Origin: Octopus bimaculoides
Taxonomy: Eukaryota
NCBI RefSeq assembly: GCF_001194135.2
Contig: NC_068998.1
Coordinates: 17,396,746 to 17,460,745, forward strand
Reading direction: 5' to 3'
Length of the DNA stretch: 64,000 nucleotides
Shown here: positions 52,690-64,000 of the stretch, in pieces
Layout: each line of letters starts with the position of its first letter
Numbering within the stretch: the first letter of the stretch is position 1
The notes under the pieces: generated by a model
Database searches by the model: none
What the model was told of the DNA's origin: nothing
What the model saw: only the letters and a program-made list of their open reading frames with translations
Position numbers and translations under genes: made by a program

Positions 52690-52870
52690 AGCATTAGAAG
52701 TATTGGTAATTTTTGGGAAAGGTATCTGTGCTGCTACAGACATGTTAGGAAAGATGAAAAAGTAAACAACTATAACTGATGTAGACATACTAAGGAAGAC
52801 CTAGAAAAAACTGGTTAGGTCAGATCTGAGAATGTTATGTATCTCAGATAAATTGGTTTGGTCACAGTAA
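52690..52870 (+). mobile_element. Very old RTE ORF2 C-terminal remnant
   Basis: ggaagacctagaaaaaactgg reads GRPRK.W, followed by an SDLRML-like segment. Confidence 0.45.
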
Positions 52871-53014
52871 GAATTTTGCTAACATATTTCTAATAAAATA
52901 TACTGCAGATGCTTCAAACTTGGAAATGAAATTTTAAGAGAATTTAGTAAAGTATCTTTTTCAATTTATATAAAGAGAAACACTGCCCTCCATATAGTTT
53001 TCCTAAATAAAATA

Positions 53015-53290
53015 TATTTATATCTGTTTTCCATGTTTCCATGATAACATGGATTGGACAGGCCATCATGACCAACTGGCATATATTTTGAAGGTGCTAC
53101 TTGCCACGATGAGTTGAGGACCTCATCTTGCATTTCATTTTTGGCTTGGTACTTTATGCTCTTCCTAAGATCAACCATTTTACAGAGTGTGCTGGATGCA
53201 TTTTTTAAGGCATCAGCTCTATAGTAACACATCTACTGAGACCCCACAACCCATGTCTTTGCTCACTCATCAGCTTCTTTACACAGTTTA
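53015..53290 (-). mobile_element. Old RTE 3' end
   Basis: The minus strand ends in ctgtccaatccatg...catggaaaacagat, a variant of the shared tail. Confidence 0.5.
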
Positions 53291-53454
53291 GTCATGATCA
53301 TCCTATCTCTTTTTTTTTCTTTTTGTATATTTGCAATTGCTCAGAATATCCTTTTAGTTGATAGGTTGTGATTTGAGGGAGATTTGGCTGCTATTGTAAG
53401 ATATTTTGTTGAACACTAACACCAACTGGTAGGGGGGGGAGGACTCTTTCACTG

Positions 53455-53526
53455 TGAATTTCATTTCTTCACAGGTAACCTGTATAAGAAGGAGTGTGCA
53501 GTATCAATTACTTAAGGACGGTGAGA
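53455..53526 (+). other. Candidate recursive splice site with 46-nt RS-exon
   Basis: ttcatttcttcacAG|GTAACC at 53474/53475, and a second donor ACG|gtgaga after 53520. Confidence 0.35.
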
Positions 53527-56500
53527 GAGGAACGGCTTGACAGGTTTCAGTTGCATATATTGATATTACATGAACTTCAAAAGATATTAAGCTAGTGTTT
53601 GGAACATGACTTAAAAGGTTCTTATATAAAACTATGATAAGACTAGAGAAGGTATCAGGCAAGTTAGTACTAGAAGGGTGAAACTCATGTTAGCACGGAA
53701 TGGTATTGAAAAATCTTTTATACTACAAAGGAAACCTTAATAAGCACATTCTACAAAAAAAAAAAAAAGAAACAAAACTGAAACAAAAAAGAAAAACCTA
53801 GACAACAGCTGTTCTGTTTCAAAGTGTTAAACTACATGAAACAATTTAGTTATCTCAAACTAGGTGTCATGAATTCTAACAGCTTGTACAAGTTTGCTGA
53901 ATTCACTTTTAATGAGTGTAAAATGTAACAAAAGCCATATAATAGAAGTTGCTTGAATTTAATAGTTGGCTATTTTGTTCTGTTTCATAATCAACATTTA
54001 CGTTTTTAAACTTTATTTCTTTATCAATTAGATATCCTTCTTTTATACCATATATATTTTTTTTTTTATAATTCTAGATTTGCTAAATTAAAGCAATTGA
54101 ATTTATTTTATCCTAAAGATTTAATCTTTTCCCAGAGATTAAAGATTCTTTTTATTAAGTTCTTTTCTTTAAAACATGTAAGTTATTAAATATCAAAGAT
54201 TGATTTTTTTAAACTCATTTACAATATGTTATGAAAAATGTATTTCTCTTGGAGTCATTTATATTAGTCAAATCATTTGCAGCTGTGTTCTATTGCGTTT
54301 TAATAAATTATGTTCCTATCGATGATTTAGTATATAAATTCTTTGAAATTTGTTATTAACTTTAACTCAGAAAACAGCTCTTTTGGTTAGACACAAAGCT
54401 AGTTTATGTAGGAGATAGGTAGTTGATCATAAACCAGTTCTAATATCACAAGTTATTTTATATTATTGGGTTGCCTTCAGTAGGATTTGAACCAACAACA
54501 GAAATGTACTTTGGTACTAATTTTAGCCTTTATTTCAGCATATTACGTCTTCCTCTCCCTCTGCCACTTGTAGAAAGTAAACTTTAAGAATATTCATTGA
54601 TTAATAGTTTTAGTTGTGGTTTAGAGCAAATATTATCTTTAATTTTGAAAGTTTAACAAGTAGTAAATTATATTAAACTAAATTAAGATATTTACTCAAA
54701 TCATCTAATTAATTACAAATTTGCTGCTTTTGACATAATTTCATGTTTTTTCATTCAAATTCCTTCATTCAAATGCATCCTTCATAGTAACAATTATCTG
54801 TAATTGTCTTCAATTAATCCTCTTCCTAGCTTTACAGTCTTTTTTCTTTTGATTATTTGCAATCTACCTAAGAAGTTTTAGTCTTTATAGTTTACAATTC
54901 TTCTCATGCCCTTTATCTGTTATTGATCATATTTATACAATTAAGAAATAACAGTGCATATAATCTGGATATTGAAAATTTTAATTTTTTTTTCCCTTCT
55001 TGCAAATTTCAACATGTACTTCATGAGTCACTAATACTGAATGCTAAATTGTATAACATAATAACTTTAGAAGATACCATTTCTGCATATAAGAAAGTCT
55101 TAAAAGTAAATATTCATATATTTACCTACATACCTTTACCTTTGTTGAATTTTAATAATGTCTTTTATTTTTGGTTTCATACTAAGTAAAATGAACTTTC
55201 CTTTCAGTATTTTAAAAATGGTTTATTTCCATTTTTAACATCAAAGGGTTTAAATTTGGTGATTAAGAAACATTTAAAGGTTAGCTAACATTATTCTTTG
55301 GTTAAGTATACAAAGAAGAAAAGTCAATGTTTCTGACTTACTAGTCATCATCAGTAGAAATGTAACATATTGTTATTATTTATTGGCACTGTAGCACCTA
55401 GCTTCATATATAAAGAATGTTCATAATAAATACTGAAATGTGTTGGGAAACAAGCATAATGTATAATTTAATTATAAAAGGACATTGACCACATACTGAA
55501 TTAAATTATCCATTAAGTTCATTATTTTTGTTGCTCATGTACATGGAAGATCAAATTTGTTGATTTATCATTTTTAAGCATTTGTAGATCATTGCAGAAC
55601 AAGAAATTTCAGCAACTATATGAAAATATATATGGTGTAGGTATATGATGAAGTTTGCTTTGCAGTTATTTATTTCACGGTATTGAGCCGACTGTGGTAC
55701 TTTGAAGAAGTGTTTCAGCCATAGCCGTGGGTTGACCTAAACCTTATAAGTGAAATTAGAGAAAATTATGTTGAAGTCCATTGGATGAAGTGTACCTATT
55801 CTTGAATGGTAGACTTATTGCATTTCTTGGTTTAACATCATAACTTGTTTCTTGGGTGCCTGTTTCAAGTATTTGGGCCAGGTCCTACTCACCTGGCACA
55901 TAGGACCTTAGGATAACCTAGGTGTTGTAAGTTTTCCATTCTTTCCTCCAACAACCTTGAAGACCATACAAAGTGTCATGCTTGCTGACTTACCTCTGAC
56001 TAAAATATTAAAAGATATTGACAATTATTGCATAATTCTTTTCTGTATAACCCATAAGTAGTTGTCATATTCTTGCCCTTATTTATGTTTTCTTTTTTTT
56101 TTTTTTTTGAATTTATTCTTTACCAACTATTTTCATATTGTGGTAACTGAAGTAATTACGAAAAGTGTAAATGGTTGTAGATTGTAATCACTTATTTTAG
56201 TAGTCAGAAAGAAAAAAAAAAGAGTTGACTTTAACAAATTTTTATGTTAAATACTCAGTAATGTTAGTATATGCTTTAATGGTTTTTTGAAGATAGATAT
56301 TTCACTGAATTGTTTTTGGTTTTTTCATATATTGTGACACATGTTAAATTAACAGTTCATATAAAATTTATATCTGTAAATATATCTGTAAACCTATTTT
56401 ACTATTTTACTTTATATCTCTTTCATACTATTCCTCAATGCATGTACAACATTATCAACATTTCTAGTAAACATTTATGTAACTGTATTTCTATTGAAAT

Positions 56501-57267
56501 ACACTGCCCGCCCCTCCACTTTTTTTTTACTTGTTTGATATTTGACTGCAGCCATGCTGGAGCACCACCTTTGTTTGAGTTTATTTTGAAAATAATTAAG
56601 AATTTAGTGAAATATCTTTGTCATTAAAGCTGGGCTTTAGAACATATGAAACTTTTAGGAAAAGTTTAATTTTGATCACTTGAAAATAAGAAGTCTGTAT
56701 TATAGAACTAGGGCAATCTTAGGTGGTTGGATATCTAAAAGTTAAATTTCTTCTGGACGTTTGAAGTATGCAACGGTTTTTAATTTAGCAAGAAAAGAAC
56801 AAAACTACTTGTTTCATTAAATAACAGAGTATATACTAGTTACTTCGCATCTTTGGCAGTTATGAATTTTAAAATGCATTATCATAAAAACTTCCTTCGT
56901 GTGTAAAATACATCTATTTAGGTCATATATTTTAAAAACTGAAATATTTTATGTAATACAGTAGCTTTTTTTGGACAAAGCCTACTGATGTTTTTACACT
57001 GTGTTTAGTATAGAACTATGCTGCAATAATAAAAAAAAGGCTTTATTCAAAATTTTGTTCATAAATCAATCGATCTCAATAATCACATTCTTAAAGACAT
57101 CTGCATTTTAACAAAAAAGTAGTGTTAGAAGTTGTATAAGGGTTAATTGTTACATGTTATATAAAACTTATTTGTGTGCTGTGCACACCATACATTACAG
57201 ATTTATATTTTCAGTTTTGAAATATAGTTTTCACAGAGTGTGGTAATACACACGTTCATTGTATTAG

Positions 57268-57326
57268 NNNNNNNNNNNNNNNNNNNNNNNNNNNNNNNNN
57301 NNNNNNNNNNNNNNNNNNNNNNNNNN
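57268..57326. other. Assembly gap whose flanks overlap by about 42 bp
   Basis: agttttcacagagtgtggtaatacacacgttcattgtattag occurs on both sides of the Ns. Confidence 0.95.
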
Positions 57327-57394
57327 AGTTTTCACAGAGTGTGGTAATACACACGTTCATTGTATTAGTGATAAGATCTCAGCAGAATCTCAAA

Positions 57395-57630
57395 GTTTGT
57401 TCAAGAAAGAAACACCCATTTCCACCAAAGCTTGTTAAGTTCTGTAAAATCATTTATTGCAGTCAATGTGATCAGCGCAAAATCATTTTTCTCCCTCATT
57501 GTACTGGCTTTTGCTCTCTTTACATTGTTTTTTCCTGCATTCAATTGGCAAACCAAATTTTTATAATGGCGCATTGCCAGCTTAATTGTCACTTTTATTG
57601 CATGGACACACCCAGGAATTTACATTTGGG
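57395..57630 (-). mobile_element. Old CR1/L2-like RT C-terminal relic
   Basis: KFLGVSMQ*K*QLSWQ resembles KFLGV.LD.KL.W..HI, and a later tgg tgg aaa corresponds to W.G. Confidence 0.35.
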
Positions 57631-58730
57631 ATATTCTTCTTTTAGATATTCTTAATTTAAAAAGTATTTGCTGGCTCACTTGTTTCTTCAATTATTTCAT
57701 CCTAAGGCACCCCTCCCTCAACATTGGCATACTGTTTTCCATTTGAAACCATTTAGAAATGGGTGGGTGATATTCCCAGCTCTGATAAATACATATTTAT
57801 GCAGGCAATGTAAACATTGTTAATATTGAATTGACAAGATCTCTGAAAATTCTGAAAGAAAATTTCTCCTTCACCTTTTAACATTTCTCACTTCTTTGAC
57901 ATTTCTTTCTCTTTGACTTGTTCACTCTTTCTGACTAGTCCTCTCTATATATTTCTCTTCTACTCTGTCATCCTCTTTCTCACTCTATCTATCTATCTCC
58001 ATCCCCCCACACTCTATTTTCCTTTCTCTCTCTCTCCCCCTATCTTATTATCATATATATAATTAGTTATATGTTTCATAGTGGATGGAACCTCAGAAGT
58101 AAAATTCCAAGTAAGGTGTATACCACTGGCTACTCTTCAGTCCAAGGATATCTTGATTAAATTAAAGGTTACATTGTCGCACAGATGTACGTGTTGATGC
58201 ATGGAAGATCCAATCAGAGTGTGTGGAGAGCACAGTCTGATACAGGGTATATAAATGTGGGGAGAAATAAGTATTTGAATAACAGAACAAGAAGGAAATA
58301 TAAGGGAGTGAGAGAAAGGATGAATTTAAGCAAGGTCAGCTGACTAGTATTAACACTTCCTTCATGTGTAAAATACATCTATTTAGGTCATATATTTTAA
58401 AAACTGAAATATTTTATGTAATACAGTAGCTTTTTTTGGACAAAGCCTACTGATTTTTTACACTGTGTTTAGTATAGAACAATGCTGCAATAATAAAAAA
58501 AGGCTTTATTCAAAATTTTGTTCATAAATCAATCGATCTCAATAATCACATTCTTAAAGACATCTGCATTTTAACAAAAAAGTAGTGTTAGAAGTTGTAT
58601 AAGGGTTAAGTTTTACATGTTATATGAAACTTATTTGTGTGCTGTGCACACCATACATTACAGATTTATATTTTCAGTCCTGAAATATAGTTTTCACAGA
58701 GTGTGGTAATACACACGTTCATTGTATTAG

Positions 58731-59257
58731 NNNNNNNNNNNNNNNNNNNNNNNNNNNNNNNNNNNNNNNNNNNNNNNNNNNNNNNNNNNNNNNNNNNNNN
58801 NNNNNNNNNNNNNNNNNNNNNNNNNNNNNNNNNNNNNNNNNNNNNNNNNNNNNNNNNNNNNNNNNNNNNNNNNNNNNNNNNNNNNNNNNNNNNNNNNNNN
58901 NNNNNNNNNNNNNNNNNNNNNNNNNNNNNNNNNNNNNNNNNNNNNNNNNNNNNNNNNNNNNNNNNNNNNNNNNNNNNNNNNNNNNNNNNNNNNNNNNNNN
59001 NNNNNNNNNNNNNNNNNNNNNNNNNNNNNNNNNNNNNNNNNNNNNNNNNNNNNNNNNNNNNNNNNNNNNNNNNNNNNNNNNNNNNNNNNNNNNNNNNNNN
59101 NNNNNNNNNNNNNNNNNNNNNNNNNNNNNNNNNNNNNNNNNNNNNNNNNNNNNNNNNNNNNNNNNNNNNNNNNNNNNNNNNNNNNNNNNNNNNNNNNNNN
59201 NNNNNNNNNNNNNNNNNNNNNNNNNNNNNNNNNNNNNNNNNNNNNNNNNNNNNNNNN
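58731..59257. other. Assembly gap
   Basis: N run. Confidence 0.99.
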
Positions 59258-59729
59258 ATATATATATATATATATATATAGCAACATCCATGCTTAAGCA
59301 AATGATATAACCGTTTCATTTCTCTGTGACCTTCCCTAACCATGCATCACCCACAAGCCTAGGTACCACATGCCAAACCTACATTGATTGTATAGTCAGA
59401 TACTTTGAGAGCATTTTCCAATAGGGTTAAACTAGCCTTGTCTCTTTTTAACATTTCAAGTCCTACTCATGTCAGAAAAACATCACTGCACCATACTCCC
59501 TCTAAAGATGAACAGAACTCAGCTTATACCTTCCATGTAGGTGTTGACTTGCAACAGTTTATACAGAACATTTAACAACATCAATCTCACCAATCTCAGA
59601 GAGCTTGCAAGGATCATTGTTCTCTGACCTTCATTCAAACTCGGCAAGTTAAAAAATTTTTTTTTAATCTTTAGATTCACTGATTCTGTCATCTCATACT
59701 GATACACAACTGAGTGGCTTCTTTTGAAT

Positions 59730-59830
59730 GCTTTCCAAATTCCATCCACAAGGCTTTGCCCAAGGTACTGCACAGTGGGACCAAACCAGAAACTATGTGG
59801 TTGTGAAGCAAACTTCTTTTCCATAAGCAA
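59730..59830 (-). mobile_element. SINE head fragment (first family)
   Basis: ccacaaggctttgcccaaggtactgcacagtgggaccaaaccagaaactatgtggttg is the reverse complement of the tRNA-derived head. Confidence 0.65.
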
Positions 59831-60121
59831 CACAACAGCTGGTGGAAATTGTACTGCACCAAACAAAATGCTCTTGCAGCATTTAGTTACATTCCTTTAT
59901 TCTTTGAGTTCAAATACTGCTACAGTCAACTTAGCCTTTCTCCCTCTGAGTTCAATTGCAATAGTATCCTTATTATACTGAAAGTCAATATCTCTTTCTC
60001 TCCAGATTTTTGGTTTTGTACTGATGGAAGAAATCATTATTTTCCAATAAAGTGTAGGGGACGGTGGAATTTGTGTTGAGTTGGACAAAATATTTCTGCA
60101 GTTTTTTTTTTTTTATGTATT

Positions 60122-60250
60122 GAGTTAAAATTCCTTCAGAATTGACTTTGCCTTTATTCATCATGGGGTTGATAAAATAAATATGGGTCTACAGTGGGTT
60201 CCAATTAAACTGAAATCTTTTCCGCCAAAATTTGTGATCTTGTGCCGACA
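60122..60250 (+). mobile_element. Decayed SINE (second family)
   Basis: gagttaaaattcc..agaattgactttgcctttattcatc.tggggttgataaaat...aaaatttgtgatcttgtgcc. Confidence 0.6.
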
Positions 60251-61499
60251 AAAAGTTCCACAATGTAAAAAAAATATCTGCTTTTTTGGATTAATGATCA
60301 TTAATTGTTCAGTTTTCATTTTGTTTAGAAATTGTAAATTTTTCTCTCTACAATTACAAATGCTTTCTCATGTAATTTTGTAAAAAGAAGTAATATTTTC
60401 ATTGATGCTCAATTAATTGGTTAATGACATGGAAAAATTCAATTTTGAAATCTATAAATTATAATTTAGATTTCATGCATAGCTAATATTTAATAAATTG
60501 GAGCAATTTAATGGGATATCTAGTGCTAAAAAAAGTTCTGTAACCACTGTTTCAGGCCTTGTATTGTTCAAAATTTTTCTGTGTAGAAGTCTTTTTTTTC
60601 CTCCTTCTAAATTTTAACCCAAGCTTTAATTAGGAATAATGTTGCAAAATAATGGAATATATTATAAAATGTCCAATATAATTATTGCTATCTAGTGAAT
60701 GATTTGGTTTTCCTTCCAGTGTAGTTGAAGATACTATTGCTATAAGGAACACTAAATTATAATAATTAAAAAATTGAATTTTTTTAGCACTATTACATTG
60801 AAGTTATTTCTCTTGAGGTTGTTCACTGGAGATCTATAGTCAATTCACGGAGATGAAAATGACCTTTCGTAATATCAAGGTTCAGTTGTTTAACTGCTAC
60901 AATTTTGTGGAATTGTGTGTTGCAGAATTTGTGTGGCCATCAAACAATGAGGCAGTGATGCAAATTTTTGCACTAAAAAAGATTTAGCTTTTCACTATTA
61001 CTCCTTCATTTCTCAAGCGCTTTCATTATAAAGCAGCAGCACAGCATATAAATATATTGTAGTCATACAGATGGAGATATTCTCCCATGAATTAATCTAG
61101 TTACTTTGATTTGAAGAACAGAATTTTCCACAGAATTTTCAGTGTTGTTGAAAAGATATCTAACTTTTTGGATTGCTGTCACTTTTTTGTATGTTGTAGT
61201 TTTCTGTGAACTAACAATCTTATCGTTTAGTGTACTGCAGTGGTGGCTTGATAATTTCAAGTTTGTCATTGTAAAGATAGTTCAAATACTTGATACTTCA
61301 ATACTAAGGACAGTGCAGTTTTATTGTCGTCACTTTACTAGAATAAATATTGCTTGCAGGAAATTCTTGTGGAAATACCAGGTTTTATAAATTTTCTTGT
61401 ATTTGAATGTACAAATTTATATATCTTCATGACATTATTTCATTTTGTTAGTTTTTTATGATAAAGGATTAGACAATAGATTGATGTTAACAAAGAATT

Positions 61500-62005
61500 A
61501 TGATTTAGGTAACTTAGAGTATTAATACAAGGTAATAAATTCTGGTTTTCTCTAGTTGTAAGGTGATCTATCAGTCTATTGTACCATTCAACTAATGGCT
61601 GACTTTGATTGTTTCTTACAACCTTGACATATCTGTCAACTAAATATTGTTGGCTTTCCTGATCTATAAAGGACATTGAAGCCACCTCTATGTGCAAGAT
61701 TATTGTAATAGAACTGTTGTACAGCCATCTTATTGTAAACACGAGCTTGTTGTTCTTTAACATGTTGCTGATCACTGTGCTGTTTAAGCTCTCTGTTGGG
61801 GAATAAGAGAGTAACATTGGCTAAAAACAGCAAGATAAACAGATCCTTGTCAGTGCTATATTTCTGGGATGATTTGTTTTTTTTTTCTTTTTCAGGAACT
61901 AAATTTTCACCAATAAACAGAGCAGTGATTTTTATTATTTATAAGAAAATTGTATCACCTGATGTCAGGACCTTGTTTGAGCTGCAGTTCATATTTGCAT
62001 TTAAG
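61500..62005 (-). mobile_element. Helitron Rep/Hel fragment (region N-terminal to the HUH motifs)
   Basis: Frameshifted translation gives GPDIR*YN, ALFIGENLVP, LLFPNRE...HSDQQHV, QFYYNNLAHRGGFNVLYRSGK and QQYLVDRYVKV..RNNQSQPLVEWYNRLIDHL. These match the Helitron pattern D.RRYN, AAVF.GE, YPLLFP.GE.GWH, YRLA.R..F..L..SG.LFQQY.VD.YVK..RL.Y.R.NQ..LR.E.Y.GL.D. Confidence 0.8.
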
Positions 62006-62043
62006 CTACATATTAACTGCAGTTTACATTTACATTTTACCTA

Positions 62044-62095
62044 GTCCAACCCATGCCAACATGGAAAATGATGTTAAAGGGTGATAATGATGATG
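62044..62095 (+). mobile_element. RTE-type 3' tail fragment
   Basis: gtccaacccatgccaacatggaaaatgatgttaaag..gataatgatgatg. Confidence 0.7.
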
Positions 62096-62340
62096 TTATC
62101 AGTTCTTATTGAATGTGCCTGTTTTTATAACTCTACTAAAAACATTTTTTATATCTAACTCAGTATATGAATTATGAAATGTAATTTCTTGTTTTATGCT
62201 TACCACATAAGGCAAACCATCTGAATTTTGAGATGTTTTAAATTTTCACTAGCATCAGTAATACAAGTTGGCCTATGTGTTGGGTGATTATTTGCATGTA
62301 CAGAGTAGTAGAATGGTATGTTTGTCCTTGAATTCTAGAA

Positions 62341-62398
62341 CTTTATTTTTTTTTTGCAGGTGAGTAATTTTTACACCAACTGAAGCAAAAAGGTAACT
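62341..62398 (+). other. Candidate recursive splice site with 33-nt RS-exon
   Basis: ctttattttttttttgcAG|GTGAGT at 62359/62360, and a second donor AAG|gtaact after 62392. The exon has stops in all three frames. Confidence 0.55.
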
Positions 62399-62771
62399 GC
62401 ATATATATTATTTGGTATTTATCCTGATATGATTAGCTTCCTCAGTATTCTCATCAAAGAATAGTTTCAGTTCATCATCATAAAGCTGCAGAAGAGCAAG
62501 TTTCATTTTATTGTTATAACAACAATTTAGATATTCGTTTCTGAATCTCAGACATCACATTGAGGACACCATCTGTCTGTTTCTCTGATGTATGATTCAC
62601 TTATTTCATTCTGATGTGTCACAGGAGCACCAAATCATCTCTCACATTGTCTTATTTGAAATTTTCTCAAAGCAAGCAATTTTTTCTTGTATTCAGTTCC
62701 AGCTTTTGAAGATTTTCTTGCTAGTCTATCTTCTGTTTGTTATTTCAAAGCACCTCACTCTGCCCTTCCCC

Positions 62772-63028
62772 NNNNNNNNNNNNNNNNNNNNNNNNNNNNN
62801 NNNNNNNNNNNNNNNNNNNNNNNNNNNNNNNNNNNNNNNNNNNNNNNNNNNNNNNNNNNNNNNNNNNNNNNNNNNNNNNNNNNNNNNNNNNNNNNNNNNN
62901 NNNNNNNNNNNNNNNNNNNNNNNNNNNNNNNNNNNNNNNNNNNNNNNNNNNNNNNNNNNNNNNNNNNNNNNNNNNNNNNNNNNNNNNNNNNNNNNNNNNN
63001 NNNNNNNNNNNNNNNNNNNNNNNNNNNN
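62772..63028. other. Assembly gap
   Basis: N run. Confidence 0.99.
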
Positions 63029-64000
63029 ATATATACACAAAATTAGCTTGCTGTTTACTGTCCATATTTTCTCTTCATATTTGTTAGGTTTTTTCTTCTT
63101 TGATATGATATGTATAGTCGTATTGGCTCTTTTTTCTCTGGTTTTCTATGAGACTTTATTTTCTGCTTTTGTTCTTTCCTTCATCATTTGCCTATATCAT
63201 TTTATTCTTTTTTTGTTGTTATTTCAAATCATTGTTCCGTAGTGAAGGTTGTTTAAATGTGAAGTGAGAATTTAAATTTGTGGTGCATAGAATTTGCCTT
63301 TCCTAATTTGAAAACTGGAAGATATTAGATCTTTTATCTGGTTTATTAAAAGGAAAAAAACAAAAAAAAATTTTTTCCCACCCATAAAGATTGACAATGG
63401 AAGGTTGTTTAAATGTGAAGTGAGAATAAAATTTGTTGCTCAAAAATTTACAGTAGTGTAAAGATCATGAAAGCTAACAAGAAACTGGAATATTTTCTTT
63501 GCTATCTTACTGTCTGCCATCTCATGAAAATGTTTACCTTGTTGTCAAAAGTGAAGGTGAACATGTTTTTCTTCACAGGAAACTGTTTTCTTCAAAAATG
63601 GAATTATCAGTGAATAAGTGTCAAGGAATATGAAGAAACTGAGTGTTAATTATAGTATAAAATAAATAATGGACAATAGTGCTAGCTAGATACTATAAAG
63701 CATCCAGTGTGATGAAAGCACTTTAGACTACTTGGAATTGTGGCAGGGGGTGGGTAAGAAGTGAGATATTGGTAGTCATCACATTATCACATGCAATTAG
63801 ACTTACCTAATCAAGTTTGTGACCTTTACTAATATTGGTTTTGAAAAGTTATTAAAAGCTATTAGAACCAACTTTTTAATGATTCAATTGGTTTGTTTGG
63901 TCTTGTATGGCATGTCTGTATAGTGTGCATTGAGAAAATTGCATTGTGATTTGATCCAGTAGCAGGCTAGGGTTGTATGTTGATAATGTTATAGTCACTT

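Larger units (their letters stand above)
56890..58730 (+). repeat. About 377-bp near-identical direct duplication (56890-57267 and 58355-58730)
   Basis: The copies differ at only a few positions. Both end at cattgtattag immediately before an N gap. Confidence 0.95.

Noticed and set aside
55640-55745. Possible hammerhead ribozyme or C/D-box snoRNA
   Set aside because: No CUGANGA...GAAA core in the correct order, and no D box. No hammerhead core was found next to the Penelope fragment either.
59990-60080. Mariner C-terminal-like peptide or candidate exon (PDFWFCTDGRNH)
   Set aside because: No TIR, no other motifs and no good donor.

Overview
AT-rich, CpG-poor, gap-containing eukaryotic DNA. 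The SINE families and the RTE-LINE 3' tail (ccaacccatgccagcatggaaa) match repeats I recognise from Octopus genomes, so an octopod host is inferred, not proven. No multi-exon host protein-coding gene can be supported. The listed ORFs are transposon relics, microsatellite or low-complexity translations, or N-gap artefacts. The window reads as a very long intron (or intergenic DNA) containing: two near-full-length decayed mariner elements, a hAT non-autonomous element with an 8-bp target duplication, fold-back MITEs, a Helitron Rep fragment, a Ty3/gypsy RT relic, CR1/L2-like and RTE LINE relics, a Penelope-like fragment, many SINEs and five assembly gaps. The most interesting signal is a set of plus-strand recursive-splice-site-like motifs: a polypyrimidine tract, then YAG joined directly to GTAAGT, GTGAGT or GTAACC, then a second donor 33-46 nt downstream (13863, 53474, 62359). 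This is the RS-site/RS-exon architecture known from long Drosophila and vertebrate introns. It is a sequence-only hypothesis that needs nascent RNA-seq.
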